A stretch of DNA of 64,000 nt from Paraspadella gotoi (lineage: Eukaryota; Animalia; Chaetognatha): NCBI GenBank assembly GCA_051294375.1, contig CM119270.1, forward strand, positions 4,208,301 to 4,272,300, given 5' to 3'. A program made the translations under genes and the position numbers. Positions 52,910 through 64,000 of this stretch are shown one piece after another; within the stretch, counting starts at the first letter, position 1, and each line of letters begins with the position of its first letter. A model generated the notes under the pieces. That model made no database searches. It was not told where the DNA came from and saw only the letters and a list, made by a program, of their open reading frames with translations.

Positions 52910-54876
52910 TGCTTAGCGGATGATGAAGAAGATCAGAGTCTCTCCTGGTCAAGTTCGCTCATGTGTTGGAGGAAGAGCAACGACAAGCAGCCTTCAAATC
53001 TTTCGCAGTACCTATTTTCTCCACTGTCTGCAATTGTGCCGTCAATGCTGAAAAACTAAAAATTGTTTATATTTAAGAATCAAAAAAGTACGATATTAAT
53101 TATGATAAATCAGTATCATTATTAATAGTGAGTCAATATTAATCTGTGTACATCCCTTTGCTAAAAGACTAAGCACCTAATCCGAAAAGATGAAATCATG
53201 GCAGCTAATGGATCAATAGCAGCACCCACAGAGTTGTTTTAAATCACGAGTCTAACGTTTATTAACTATATTAACTAATTAAATTGTATCAATTGTATGA
53301 TAAAAACTAATTACTATAGCACAGTCCACAAACAAACAACAACCCTCAACGAACTAACGATAAAGCACACCCCCGTCCGGCCAATCCCAACGTAGGGCCG
53401 ATGCATGTCCTGACCATAATAGACCACGACAATCATCCAAAGCTTGATCAGAAGGTTCCTCCAAACGATCCGCCGAAAGTGGAGAGGGGTGGAGATGGCT
53501 CGCCGGTAGAGGGAGTTGGTTGTTGTCGACCCATCTTTGAGTGGGTGGAGGGGGTCTAGAAAGAAGGGGGTGGGGTTAATTAAGAGGGTTAATTAACACG
53601 GGTTAATTCATATTAAACTCAATATTTTGTTAGAATCTTTTGAACGCTCTAATACGTACAGTCGACCAATACTCTATAATTTAATTTATTATCCCATTCA
53701 CGGCAAATAATCCTTCAATCATCAAATAACCCTATACTCACTATCCACTCAGCATGCTATTCCAACAAATCTCTCACTGTAGTCGAGGGAAGATAGAGTG
53801 TGAAAGCGCGCCATCCAGAGTTATTTGTCGACTTCACAACGAAATTCCACGGCAAAAGGTTTTCCAAGTTTTACGGCTGGAGTCCGCTTCGATGCTAGTA
53901 AATCAATATAATCTAAAACAAAAGGGAAAAGGCGAGAGAAATGAGGAGGTTTGGATCTTTCATACGAAAATGAATGAGAAACTGACCTTCCGCTGTAAGC
54001 CTCCCGACCAGGTGATTGTATTCTCCTTCCGCCAACTGATCGATAAAAGAAGAATTCGATTGTTTTTTCCGAAAAGATTTCCAATTATTTTCCCATCTTT
54101 TGAGCTGCCATCTGTGAAGAAATGTATGATTGTTAAATGCAAAAAATAAAATAATACATTTTCAACGTTATAGTTGAAGATTCTTGATTGGGGATGACGA
54201 GATATATAGAATTTTATTGATGCATCAAAAACGTTTGTTTTTTTTTTAGCGGCAGCCAAAAATATTATATATATTCTGTATTGATAATTTGTTTATTGAA
54301 GTTGGCCTTTTTTATTTTTTTTTTGTTGTTAATTTTTGTCTTCAAAAGGTTGGTCTCGTAGGCACTTGAATTTCATTGCAATCTAAATTTCGAAATCTTA
54401 TCAAAATGAATACTGATAAACAATCACAAGACATAGCAGACCGCACCCAAGTTTTCCAATGAACGCCTTAGCGATCGGCGATTCCAATCTCCGCTTCCCG
54501 CCGCCTGCCTCCTTCAGCTCGTGCGACCGTAATTCGGTAGCGCCAAAAATGCGCCGCCGCAATTCGTCGTTTGAAATTCCCGCCGCCATATCTATCGCCG
54601 TAAGAGGCGCCCACCTGCGCCACAGACGCCTCCGAATTTGTCGTAGGTGACCACCGTCGTTATGGCATTCGGGGGTGGTCTTTGGGGGAGGGAAGACGGA
54701 GAGAGAGAGGAAGATAGAAGAGAAGAGAGAGAGAGTAGAGGAGGAGACGAGAAAGAAGAGAGAGAGAGAGAGAAGAGACGAGGAAGAGAGAGAGAGAGAG
54801 TCAAAAAACACCAACCAAAAAGAACATTCCCTCTTCCCACTTACCCCTGGGTTGCCCTCAAATTTTCATTCGCCAT
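52910..54876 (-). other. Nested antisense multi-exon transcript of unknown coding potential
   Basis: ATG at 54876 with strong donor GG|gtaagt (54844); further GC-richer blocks with AG/GT ends at ~54679-54448, 54111-53987, ~53895-53740, ~53535-53355, ~53047-52910. Confidence 0.4.
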
Positions 54877-57526
54877 CTTTTCAAGATCGACCGCGTCGCG
54901 CGACGCGAACGAAACAAAAGAGCAAACGGCAAGCCGAATAGGCGGAATCTAGGTGTGGTCACGCGACAACTCTTTAGAGAGTTCTCTTTATCGTTTGGTA
55001 TTTTTTTTAGTTTAATAATCATAATTTAAATTGAAATAAATAATATTTCGAATCAAACATGACGCTTAGTAAAAATAATAATACCAATTTCCCTTTCGAA
55101 AGACCCCGGATAAAATTTAAATTGTCAACCAGCAATAGTTAATGTAGGAAATTCCTTGCAATCAAAATAACGATTAATACTTTATATCACAACAAAATAA
55201 AGTTGCTAATTGTTTGTTTTTTTTAAGGTTTTTTGGTTCAAACATCGGATTAACGCGGAATCAAGTCAATGGTCACGTGATAGAAAAGTTCGTGTCAACA
55301 TAGTTCGACCGCATAAAAAAAAAAAACTTTTTTTTTTTTATTTTTTTTCCACTAAATCTGATCTTAGGTTTTGATTTCCGTTTTTTCTGATCCCACGAAT
55401 TTACCGAACCCGATAAGTGAGGGATCCTTATCACATATTGTCCGAAGTCGCGTCAAGAAAATTTCGTTTTCGACGGGTAATAATTAATTAATAAAAAAAG
55501 GTTTTATTAATTTTATTTTTTTAAAATTTTATTTTAGTATTTTTTTTTTAAATTGAGTATTATCAGGAGAGCAGAGTTCACGTAAAGAGGCGGTCATACA
55601 TACGGACTCAACAATCGTCATGCGTCTTTACAGACGTATTGTCCGTAGTCCCCGTTTCTGCAATATCCGTAAGTCCCCGTCCCGGTTTTTTTTTTTGACC
55701 GGCTCTAGCTCAGTTTGGCAACGGCCTGCAAAGACCAATATTTTGAAACGAAATCGGCGATCCAAACTTTCCGGCAATTGAGATTGATCATTGCGGTCGA
55801 GTCTGGGTGAATAAAACAAAAAAATCAGGAGAAATAATATATATTATTCTTCGAAGTAATGTTTATTCTTAATACTTTTTTCTGGTATTTATTACTCATT
55901 AAATTCTACTTTGATTTCCGTTCGTTGATTGATTTGATATAATAAGTGATTCAATAATCGTTGATTTGTTGATATTTTAAATTGTTGTTTCCGAAAAAAA
56001 CAAAAAAAAGAAAACCCACCCAGACAGAACCTGAAAAATTTCTCCCGGAAATGACTAGAGGATTTTTTTTCTTTTGTTTTTCTTTTTTCTTTTTATGATG
56101 ACAATTTGCAGTCGATTTTGACGAGAAGTTTGAATCGATCGAAAGACAGCCGGATCCCGGATTAAATCTGGAGCGGGTAACAGAAACGCAGCCGCTGTCA
56201 TTCAGTTTGTCACTTTAAGGTCTTTCTTTGGAAATTCCCTGACTCGAGGTTGTCCGCATGTCTTCAACGACAGGAAAGATTGTTGTTGCTTTGGTCACAA
56301 TCAATCAATCAATCATTCGCGTCGATCCATCGACCAATCGGTCAATCGTTATGACTTACGATCGGTGGTTCCCCCCCTTGATCTGCCCTCGGCTCCGGTC
56401 CACGTCACAACAGTCGAGCCATCGCTGCCGTCGGGTCTCAGTTCTCAGACCCCATCGGGCGAGCCACTGGAGGGGGTCGAGTGAGGAGGAGGAAGAGGAG
56501 GAGGAGCAGACCGGCTCGAAACTCGAAAGCGTTGTTGTGACGTGAGGGCGTCAGCGAATCTTTCCCGATTTTTGTTATCGAAAAATGTACAAGTTTTAAA
56601 TTGTAAAAGGAAATTTTAAGAAGCCAGTATCGAGTCAAGGTTTAATTTAGGAAATGTGCCTANNNNNNNNNNNNNNNNNNNNNNNNNNNNNNNNNNNNNN
56701 NNNNNNNNNNNNNNNNNNNNNNNNNNNNNNNNNNNNNNNNNNNNNNNNNNNNNNNNNNNNNNNNNNNNNNNNNNNNNNNNNNNNNNNNNNNNNNNNNNNN
56801 NNNNNNNNNNNNNNNNNNNNNNNNNNNNNNNNNNNNNNNNCGTTTCCTTTTCTCCTTTTTATTTAATCGTGATTTTGATTGTCTGCCTCTCGATTCTTAA
56901 CTCGATCGATAAAAAGTTTTTCTCTCTAAGTCACGTGACCAATCGTCTGTGGCCAGACAAGTCGCCCTTCGCTGGCGACAGAGATTTCCCAGTTGATGAG
57001 ATGAAGAGCTCCGAAGGCGTCATGTATTCACACTTTATTGTGAGAGCAGACAAACCATCGTCAAATCAGAATAGTGAAATTATTTTCCTCGAGATATAAC
57101 TTCGTAACTGTCGTTTTTTTTTGTTTTTTTGTGGCGACAGTATTGACTCCACCGACCAATTAGCTATCTCGCGCCAGCCGGTTTTGTACGTACGGTGATT
57201 TGGCAGGGAGTGAACTGGAAGTGATTCTTGGTTGGGTCAATTGGTCGTAGCAACGATCAGTCGCTAGTGGCTGCCACCCCTGATGCTGGGAGCTCACCGT
57301 TCCTTGTCATACTGCACTTGATAACATTTGTCTCAATCAGTCGATGAAAAAAAATCCTTCGAGAAAAAGGCGGGAAAGTCTTAACTAACCTATTTCACCT
57401 TTTTATCTTCCTCACCTTTTATTTCCAACCTTCCTTTCCTTTCCTTACTTAGTCTACGAAATAAACAACTTTCCTTCGGTTAAAAAAAAAACTGTATTGC
57501 TACTTTTTATTCTAAAACTTGACTTT

Positions 57527-57843
57527 TCAGCGAAACAGCGCCGCGCGGATGAGATGAGCGGCCAATAAAAGGAGGCGGGCCACTCGGTCGCTAAAGCGAG
57601 ACTGATTCTCACTCGCGTTCCTGTCATATGGTGCCTGGTCATTAGGCGATGAACTTCCCTTATTTTCGTACGAAGGATCGCACGGAGGAAGGGTTCCGTT
57701 AGGGCTTCCGCTATGGCTTCCGCTGTCGCTTCTGCTTTGTTTACTGCTCTCCGGGTTGTCGACGCATTTCGCGCTCAGCGCTTTTTCAATGTAATTAACA
57801 TTGCATTCTTCGCACTTGAAGCAAATATAATAAATCCCGTAAT
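57527..57843 (-). CDS. Nested Cys-rich secreted/GPI-anchored protein, last exon
   Basis: Acceptor ttttatcctcaatcag|; YGIYYICFKCEECNVNY, Ser-rich linker, hydrophobic tail VARLLLLAAHLIRAALFR*. Confidence 0.65.
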
Positions 57844-57918
57844 CTGATTGAGGATAAAAAAAATATCATCAGCGCCATCTTTGATATAATATCTTTTCTA
57901 AAAAGTCCAAAATATTAC

Positions 57919-57956
57919 CATTAAACTGAATTCTGCAGCATCCTGTCGAATAAGTT
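57919..57956 (-). CDS. Nested Cys-rich protein, 38-nt internal exon
   Basis: tatag|A ACT TAT TCG ACA GGA TGC TGC AGA ATT CAG TTT AAT G|gtaata = TYSTGCCRIQFN; phase matches the last exon across a 75-nt intron. Confidence 0.55.
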
Positions 57957-58744
57957 CTATATGTAAAACCATAATAATTCTAAAAAAAAAAAAATATGTG
58001 TCAAAATCGCGGTAATATTGAAAAATTAAAATCCTTATTCGTGGGAATAAAATATATTTAAAAAAAGGTAAAGTTAAAAGAATAATTATAAATAAAAGAA
58101 AAAAGAGCTTTTGAATAAAAAATTCGGACCCTAATGGATTTAACTAACTTGCCCCTGGGGGCAATCACAAAAAATAATATAATAAAATATTATATTGATA
58201 ACATATTCTAATAAAATTTAAGGATTTATTTGGTCTATATGTTTGTTTTATTTAGAATAATAAAATAAATGTCAAATTTTTATATTAACTTTATAATAGT
58301 TTTTAAAAATTATTTTTATATTAAATTATTATAAGTTATGTAGGAGCCGACGTCGTTCTGAGAGATCGAGGAAGATTTTTTCAATGAAGATTTTCGTTCA
58401 AATCTGACAACCAAACAAAATAAACGCTCCTGTGATAAATTCCGGTAAAAAATCGATGTAAAAACACTTGATTCCGATCCTGTTGCATCTGAGGGCTCGC
58501 ATTTTTTTTCTCTTGTCAAATCATCAACATCTTGATATCAAACAAGCTAGAACAAATAGACTGCTTCTGTATGAAAAAATTTTCCATCTTTTATTTTATA
58601 TAGAAATGAAAGAGATTTTTTCCCTTCAAGACAATATAAACATATTTGAGATATGTTCCGGTTTCACAAATGACGTCAAATTTAGGAATCCTCTGGCAAA
58701 GCTCTCAAAATTTTTTTTTATATTTTATTTATTTATTTTAGTAT

Positions 58745-59052
58745 GATACGATCATGGTAAAGTGAATTAGTCGATTTTGGAGAAATTTTTATTTAAACTA
58801 AAAGTAAAAGAGGAGCTAACAATAGAAATTCTAAGATTTTTCAACCGGGAGTCAGATTCGGGAAAAATCTTCTATGGCGAAAATCTTCCAAAGAAGGGGT
58901 GGATTTTCCAAAGATTTTGGTTAATATTATCTATATTTATGGTCAGATTTTTTTGAAACTTAACAATAGCAATATTGCCATCATTCTACATTGGCCGGCA
59001 TAAGAATATATTAAATAAACATCTGGCTTTTTTCGTCAGAGCTTAGTCCTAA
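58745..59052 (+). repeat. Interspersed repeat, contiguous copy
   Basis: 5' part matches reverse complement of 23297-23490; 3' part matches 31838-31966. Confidence 0.8.
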
Positions 59053-59349
59053 GTTATGATTAAGATTTTAGATTTTTTTAAAATTCCTATTACTTAAACT
59101 ATTCAAAATTTTAAATTGATTTTTTTTTTAAATTCAAAATACTTATCTAATAATAAAAAATATTATATTATAATATTAATTAAAATATTTTAATGTACTA
59201 AATATTATTTAAAATTTAAATAAAATTATATTATAAAACATTAATAATCTATAAAAAAATAAAGCAGCCTGAGGGGTACACAATTTTAAGCCCCCTGGGG
59301 CGCCGCTAACTCCACACCAGGGGGAGGAAAGTTTTTGAGAATGACATAC

Positions 59350-59466
59350 CTGAGAAATCCATCCTTTCTTAGCGCAAAACGCATTGGTTTGGCAATAATT
59401 GATATTTTCTGTCGCTGTCATTCCTACGGTCAGCAGCAGGACGAGGAAGAAAAGACGAGCCGGCAT
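59350..59466 (-). CDS. Nested Cys-rich protein, first coding exon with signal peptide
   Basis: AAAATG start; MPARLFFLVLLLTVGMTA signal peptide then TENINYCQTNAFCAKKGWISQ; strong donor CAG|gtatgt. Confidence 0.65.
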
Positions 59467-60623
59467 TTTCACTACAATGAACAATCCTGGTATTTATTCA
59501 GTTGATATGGTTACCGATTCGGCAACTGCCTTTGACCCATCCCCTCGGGTGGATAATATTTAGATTGCATCTTTTCTCACTACGGTGTTTAGGGTAAAAT
59601 TATCTTGATCACTAATTCACTTTTTATGACCTGGTGAATTTCAAACGCAACATCGAAGCCCTAAAACGTTTTTGCGACGATTACCCGTTGAGTGTTGAAT
59701 AATCCCGACGCGTAGGCCAGTATATCGCTAATAATTATTGGAATAAAGACAAAATAAAAATAATACTTTTATTCGATCGCGAATAGATAGTTCAGTAGGC
59801 GGAATAGTCTATTTCTTATTTACGATTCTTCCTTTTTTATTTAGTTCACGATTTTAATTGTACAACAGTTTTTTTCTGAAACTAATTACCGAGGCTGCGC
59901 AAGCAAACAGAAACCACATTGTAATTTCTGTGAGAATAATATCTCGTCGCTACATTATTTTCGCGGACCATCCTATGTTGCCGAGTGTGCGTCGAGGGGT
60001 CTATCCTAAGAGTCGACTGTGTGCTGTGGCAGTGCAGTTGGATCACCACCGAACACTGCTGTCCTTTATAATAGGTCAAATAAAATAAAAAATCGCACAA
60101 ATCCGATATAAACTAGACTATTTGTAAGTGAAAACAGATACTGAACAAAATGCAGGGAATGCGTTGAGACCGAAAATGAGTCAGTCAGAAGAGCAAGAGA
60201 CGATTAACCGGGAAAGATCGAATGTCGGGCGGACAAGCCTAAACCTCGGTCGAGCAAGAACCAAGATAAAGATGAAATATGAAGAGAAATATAAATAAAA
60301 AAATGAATTTCGAATGTAAATAAAAAAGATATAATCAGAGAGAGAAGTCTTTTTAGGTTTTTCTTAAAAATTCTCATATTGGTAAAAAATTGGTTCAAAG
60401 ATATGTAAATAGTATACATTTTTTAATGAATGAGCTACCTTTCCTCTTGACTTTGGACAACTTTTATAAGACATTAACATATCCAAACTATATAAGGTTA
60501 GTAGCTCCCACGGTTTTTCGGGTATTTTGACTTCGCTTATGCTGGGCATTCATTTCAGGAATTTCCTACAAAAGTATCTTGTCCAACGCGGCCACAAAAT
60601 TCCTTCTTCTGTCCATCCGTCCC

Positions 60624-60697
<74 letters not shown>

Positions 60698-61665
60698 CTC
60701 TCTTTCAGTCATCCATCTTGTTTGCTTTTGCCTCAAAAACTTAATCTTCTTTCTACCGTCAATTTCGTCCAAAAAAAAAAGAAAAAAAAAATCTCGTCGC
60801 GAGGATTAAAAAAGAAAATAAAAAAGGCAAAAGATCCAATGAAAAAAAAAAAAGTTTCATTTTATCGAAACTTTTTCGGCTAATTAAGCCTCTTTAGTGA
60901 CGATAACAACAACAACGACGACGACAACAAAAAGCGTCGATCGGAGAAAATTAATCATCGTAAGAACAAAAAGAAAAATGAAAAACGAAGCCAATTGAGA
61001 CCGACGGAAAGATGAACAGAGATGTACGGACTCACGGACTCACGGACCAACAGACTGGAGATTGTTAACAGAGTTAGGAAATATGTACTTATATCCGTTT
61101 TTGAAAAGAAAGAAAGAAAGAAAGAAAGAAAGAAACTCGGTTTAATAGTTGTAGTCAAATCCGCAAACAGAGAAAGACTAGATATTTTTTCTGGACTTCA
61201 TCATTGGGGCGACTTACCACGTAACCATTTTTTTCGGCCATCTTTTTCTAAGAGCGTCACGTTTCAGTTAAAATTCGGAATTAGGTTAATTTTTAGGTTT
61301 AAATATTAGGTTAGATATTAGGGCGCGAGTTCAAGATTAAAGGTTATGGTATGGCAACAGCCGGGTTGCAAGTTATGCCCAGTGGAATGGGGCATCTCAC
61401 TGTTAGCTTTAGGGGCTTCCGACCCTCAGTGACGCCTCCAGTCACTGGCGCGGTTACCCTCGGACGGTCTCGCTGTTCCCCCTCTGAGCCAATGATGTTG
61501 GCTGAACGATGATGAATATACCGCCACCATGGTTAAATATTAGGAATCGGGATTAGAATTAGGAATTAAGGTATTAATTTAAAAATAGATTAGGATTAAA
61601 ATTAGGTTCAAGAATTAAGCAACAAACATAAGACGTATTACCCCCCCCCTCGCCCTCAATCTCAG

Positions 61666-61786
61666 GCTCAGTTCCCCGACATGCGCGCGAAGATAGAAAA
61701 GCGAAACCGGAAGTTGGTCGATTACGACGCCACGCGTCACACCATCGAAACTCTGAAGACGTCGAAAAAGCGGGACGACAACAAGC

Positions 61787-61788
<2 letters not shown>
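61666..61788 (+). CDS. Amph: Amphiphysin/BIN1 exon 3 (BAR)
   Basis: ctcag|AQFPDMRAKIEKRNRKLVDYDATRHTIETLKTSKKRDDNKL|gtgaga; KRxRKLVDYD signature. Confidence 0.95.
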
Positions 61789-61821
<33 letters not shown>

Positions 61822-63318
61822 GACGAGCTCTCTCGGTTCAACGCGCTCAATTCTCCGACGAAAATGTTTTGATTCTGAGAAAAATGGTGGCTGCAAAAGT
61901 TCACGATGTGGCGACTATTTATTTCTCTAGCATTTAATATTGCCTCCTTTGTTTAGTTAATTGTACATTTTACATTTTATCAATCAAACGTCGCCGCATC
62001 ACAACTTAGAGAAAAAAAACGAATCCAACAAAAAAACCAAACGTAAATTATTTTTTTGTCTCCAAGGGTTTCGAGTTTCACTTACGAGTTTCACCAACGA
62101 AACCCAAACTTTGGTTTGTTTCCTTCCCCCCCCCCTCCGCCCCCTCCTCCTCCTCCCTCCCGCACTTTCCTTAAAAATAAAGTCTTGGAAAATGAAAGAG
62201 GTCTGTCTGTTTAAGGGCATGAGACTTTTTTTTTTATCTGGTTCCCCTCCGAGTGCTCGCATTTCTCTCGAAGACGTTCTTGTAGATTTCGTTCGAACGC
62301 TATAATTTATATATTTTATCTATTTACCTTTAATTTCTATTTGACATTCTCGTTCACGAAACAAAAGGGAAAAAAATTAAAAAAACAAACAAAAGGCGTT
62401 GCTGTGAAATGAGTTTGACAGTTCTTTTATTTTACACTTTTTTTTTATTAAAAATTGTGGAAAGTTTACATAGTTTTTTGAGCTTCTCTATTCTGTCTCA
62501 TGTCTCGCGACAGATAAATATCATTTCATCCAAAACTCTGGTTGGCCGTCCGCGTTTTCTAGCCGTACGGGTGCATGCATGTGTTTATTTTCGAGTAATC
62601 TATTTTTAGCATTAATATAAGGATTTAATAAGACAATGAATTAGCGTTAGAAAACTCAATACTCCGTGGCTTAAACTATAGAAAAAAAAAGTGAAAACTC
62701 GTAAGGCCAACCTTTCCTTCCCCAGAAAAAAAAAAACTCCGGCCCAACTAACTTACCTTTCATTTCCATGAATAACTCACTCTCGCTTAACCCCGCGCGC
62801 AAAAAGAACCAACAAAACTAGTTAACGCTCTTCCGTTCTTAGAGAACTCTTATGCAGTTAAATCATCTACAGTAGTGTTTTTATTTTCGGGACTAAATTA
62901 CAGTGCAGTACCAGTGTTCGATATTGATTTTTTTTGGCGATTATTTTTTCAATTTCTGCTCAACGGTTTCGTTGGACCGGTTATGATTTTTAAACCTTAC
63001 TTTTGAGAAAATACAAAAGCGACAGAATTTTTTACAATAGAAAATTATAAACGACTAGAACGTTAATGTTCAACAACCTAAAAACACGATATTTTCGAAT
63101 ATGTTGATTAAATGATTATAAAATTAACATAACATCGAATGCCAACCGGAGCTAACGAAACATAAACGAAGTCGTCACAACCTGAAATATCGAATTCCGT
63201 CGCTGCATTCATTTTTAAGAGTCTATAAATTCACCATGACCCCTCTCCACTCCTTTCTACCCCCCCTCCGACTCCACCCCCATCCACCCCAACTTCCTCC
63301 GACCCAACCCCCCCCCAG

Positions 63319-63441
63319 CTAAAAGCGGAGGAGAAGAACGCGGACGCCAAGCGCCTCTACGAACACCTCAACACTGAGCTGCACGATCTCCTCCCGGCGC
63401 TCTTCGATTCCAGGATCGTCAGCTACGGGGCCATGCTGCAG
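63319..63441 (+). CDS. Amph: Amphiphysin/BIN1 exon 4 (BAR)
   Basis: ccccag|LKAEEKNADAKRLYEHLNTELHDLLPALFDSRIVSYGAMLQ|gttggg. Confidence 0.95.
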
Positions 63442-63856
63442 GTTGGGCCGGCTGTGGATGAGTTGCTGAAGGTTTTAAGGAGTGGAAGTGTGGAGTGGTT
63501 TTGCAACAGGTTAAAGTGAAAAAGGATTGGATACGGAAAGATGCAGCGTGTTAAAAGAGTTCGATGCTGAAGGTTAAGTGGAGAACGGTCATGGATTGGG
63601 CGATTGGTTGGCTGCTGTAAGATAATAAGACCAGTTGCTGGTTGCAATCTGGATCAGATTGTCTGGTTTCTATCGTTGGTCACTGTATGTTTGATACTGC
63701 GAGTCGAATAAAAAAGGTTTGATAGTATCGGACAGGCCATTTTCCAGACTGTGTGAGACGGGACAAAATGCCACGAATATTTTAAACGCTTGAATTCTTT
63801 TTTCTTCTATGACTTTGTTGCCTCATGATATTCCATCTTTTTTTTCCAATTCACAG

Positions 63857-64000
63857 TCTCTCTTCACGGCCGAGTCGAGCTTTCACGGTGAGATTTCAAA
63901 GCAGAACGCGAATCTGAGCGAAGTCATCGACAAACTCGTGGAGGAAAGGGGGCGCGGCACTTACTCTTCGCGGCGAGAAGGATCGGTCGTCGCCGCCGCG
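63857..64000 (+). CDS. Amph: Amphiphysin/BIN1 exon 5 (end of BAR; runs off window)
   Basis: ttcacag|SLFTAESSFHGEISKQNANLSEVIDKLVEERGRGTYSSRREGSVVAAA. Confidence 0.9.

Noticed and set aside
59209-59349. Single-exon defensin-like peptide from ORF 59209-59484
   Set aside because: A strong donor (CAG|gtatgt) at 59349 and downstream exons indicate the 3' part of this ORF is intron.

Overview
Eukaryotic (invertebrate animal-like) scaffold with AT-rich introns, abundant (GA)n microsatellites and several N gaps. Bases 1-31.8 kb look like error-rich long-read fill. They hold three indel-riddled copies of the first three exons of a clan-2 cytochrome P450 and two copies of an intronless SNAP-25-like gene. 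The block 23.3-31.8 kb is an inverted copy of upstream sequence and, when flipped, joins seamlessly to 31.84 kb, where clean P450 exons 4-6 follow (intron 5 carries a Tc1 relic with TIRs and TA TSD). From 40.5 kb to the end lies an amphiphysin/BIN1 gene with two homologous, tandemly duplicated first coding exons that encode alternative N-terminal N-BAR helices. Its 17-kb intron hosts a nested antisense secreted, Cys-rich, probably GPI-anchored (Ly6/uPAR-like) gene and other exon-like islands. All calls come from manual translation and motif recognition; no database searches were run.
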